DNA of 64,000 nucleotides from Syntrophales bacterium (GTDB lineage Bacteria > Desulfobacterota > Syntrophia > Syntrophales > UBA2210). The DNA is taken from positions 960,001 to 1,024,000 of the forward strand of contig CAXXNF010000002.1 of the NCBI GenBank assembly GCA_963666365.2, in the 5' to 3' direction. A program made the translations under genes and the position numbers. The notes beneath the pieces were generated by a model that worked only from the letters and a program-made list of their open reading frames with translations, had not been told where the DNA came from and did not search any database. This document shows, in pieces, positions 62,930-64,000 of the stretch. Position 1 is the first letter of the stretch. Each line of letters opens with the position of its first letter.

Positions 62930-63733
62930 TCACTGCGATTTTACCAGGCATGCATAAAATTCAGGGCGGCGATCCTTGAAAAGATCATTGTATTCGTTGA
63001 GAGACTTCTTTTCGGCTCTTGCGATATCGATTTCAACGACCCGTGCCTCCTCGGTATCCTCTTCGGATCGCACGAGAAGATCAGCGTCCGGACCCATGAC
63101 CTGGCTTTTTCCGGTATACCGAAGGCTCTTGCCTCCCCTTTCTTCCACACCTGTCCTGTTTGCCGTTATTGCATACACCCGGTTTTCGAGACATCGCGTC
63201 CTCATGGCATCCTGACAGAACGGCAGGACAAGATTAGCGGGATGACACACAATATGGGCGCCTTTTAACGATAACGTCCTCATCGACTCGGGAAATATCC
63301 AGTCAAAACAGATCATCACTCCTATTCTGCCTATGCCGATATCGTACACTTCAAATTCCCTGTCTCCGGGACAAAACCATCGTTTTTCTTCAAAAAAAAG
63401 ATGAATTTTCCGGTAGGTCCCAAGATGACCTTCGGGACCGACGATCACCGCGGAATTGTAGATTTTCCGTCCCCCCCGCTCGGCAAGTCCCGCAACGATA
63501 TAGCATGATTTTGTGTTTGCAATCTCACATAACGCGTGTGTGGTCTGTCCGCGGGGAATCTCTTCGGCAAGTGCTTCTATTTCTTCCTGCGACGTAATAA
63601 GATAGCCCGTATTGAAGAGTTCCGGCAAAACCAGAAGATCGGCGCTGGTACCCTCGATCAGGGCAGAGGCCTGTGCAACATTCCCCACAACGTCCCCAAA
63701 TATCGGATTGAATTGAACAAATCCCACCTTCAT
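62930..63733 (-). CDS. nitrilase/carbon-nitrogen hydrolase family protein
   Basis: Catalytic triad motifs PELF, YRKIHL and ICFDW, plus DRRP. Confidence 0.9.
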   Translation of the reverse strand: MKVGFVQFNPIFGDVVGNVAQASALIEGTSADLLVLPELFNTGYLITSQEEIEALAEEIPRGQTTHALCEIANTKSCYIVAGLAERGGRKIYNSAVIVGPEGHLGTYRKIHLFFEEKRWFCPGDREFEVYDIGIGRIGVMICFDWIFPESMRTLSLKGAHIVCHPANLVLPFCQDAMRTRCLENRVYAITANRTGVEERGGKSLRYTGKSQVMGPDADLLVRSEEDTEEARVVEIDIARAEKKSLNEYNDLFKDRRPEFYACLVKSQ

Positions 63734-64000
63734 TACAGACAGCGCTCCCTTTTGTTTTTCTAAAATTTTCTACCCTAAAAATTCTTCCCATGCAATGTGC
63801 AACTGCAGGAAAAGTAGGAAGGGTAGGAAAAGCAGTAAGGGTGGGAAGGGGTTAACGAAAGTTTGATGCGCCTGCTCCGGATTTTCTTTTTGCCGGATTT
63901 CGACGAGTATGGTACCGTATAGCCGCTTCCGTAAAAAGGGGACACTTCCCTTTTTGTTTTTCCTCTGTAATTGTGTCTGCTCCTCGTTAAAAAAAGGGGG

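Noticed and set aside
63807..63852. Purine-rich ggaaaagtaggaagggtagg tract
   Set aside because: Short low-complexity sequence with no regular period.

Overview
This is a 64 kb chromosomal window from an anaerobic Gram-negative bacterium; gene content suggests Desulfobacterota, probably Syntrophales-like (inference). The left half is mostly housekeeping and metabolic: rlmN, copA/copZ, bamD, trxA, a two-component system, rpoH, rpsF-rpsR-DUF2232-rplI-dnaB, a selenocysteine formate dehydrogenase with a formate channel and small accessory genes, hrpA and ectABC. The centre (about 33.9-49.7 kb) is a minus-strand type I-E CRISPR-Cas island: WYL-regulator remnant, stand-alone DEDDh exonuclease, cas3-cas8e-cas11-cas7-cas5-cas6e-cas1-cas2, and a 48-repeat array with one spacer split by an IS21 element. 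The right part holds a TRAP binding protein, cfa, a CoA-disulfide reductase-rhodanese, a B12 radical SAM, a tupABC operon with three separate lesions (frameshift, nonsense codon, IS1634-type insertion), a MerR regulator, a solute-binding protein and a nitrilase. The best leads are a Cas8e with apparently rewritten PAM-sensing loops, the WYL-operator/DEDDh head of the cas operon, a rubrerythrin-thioesterase fusion and the decayed tungstate transporter. All family calls come from motif recognition by eye; no searches were run.
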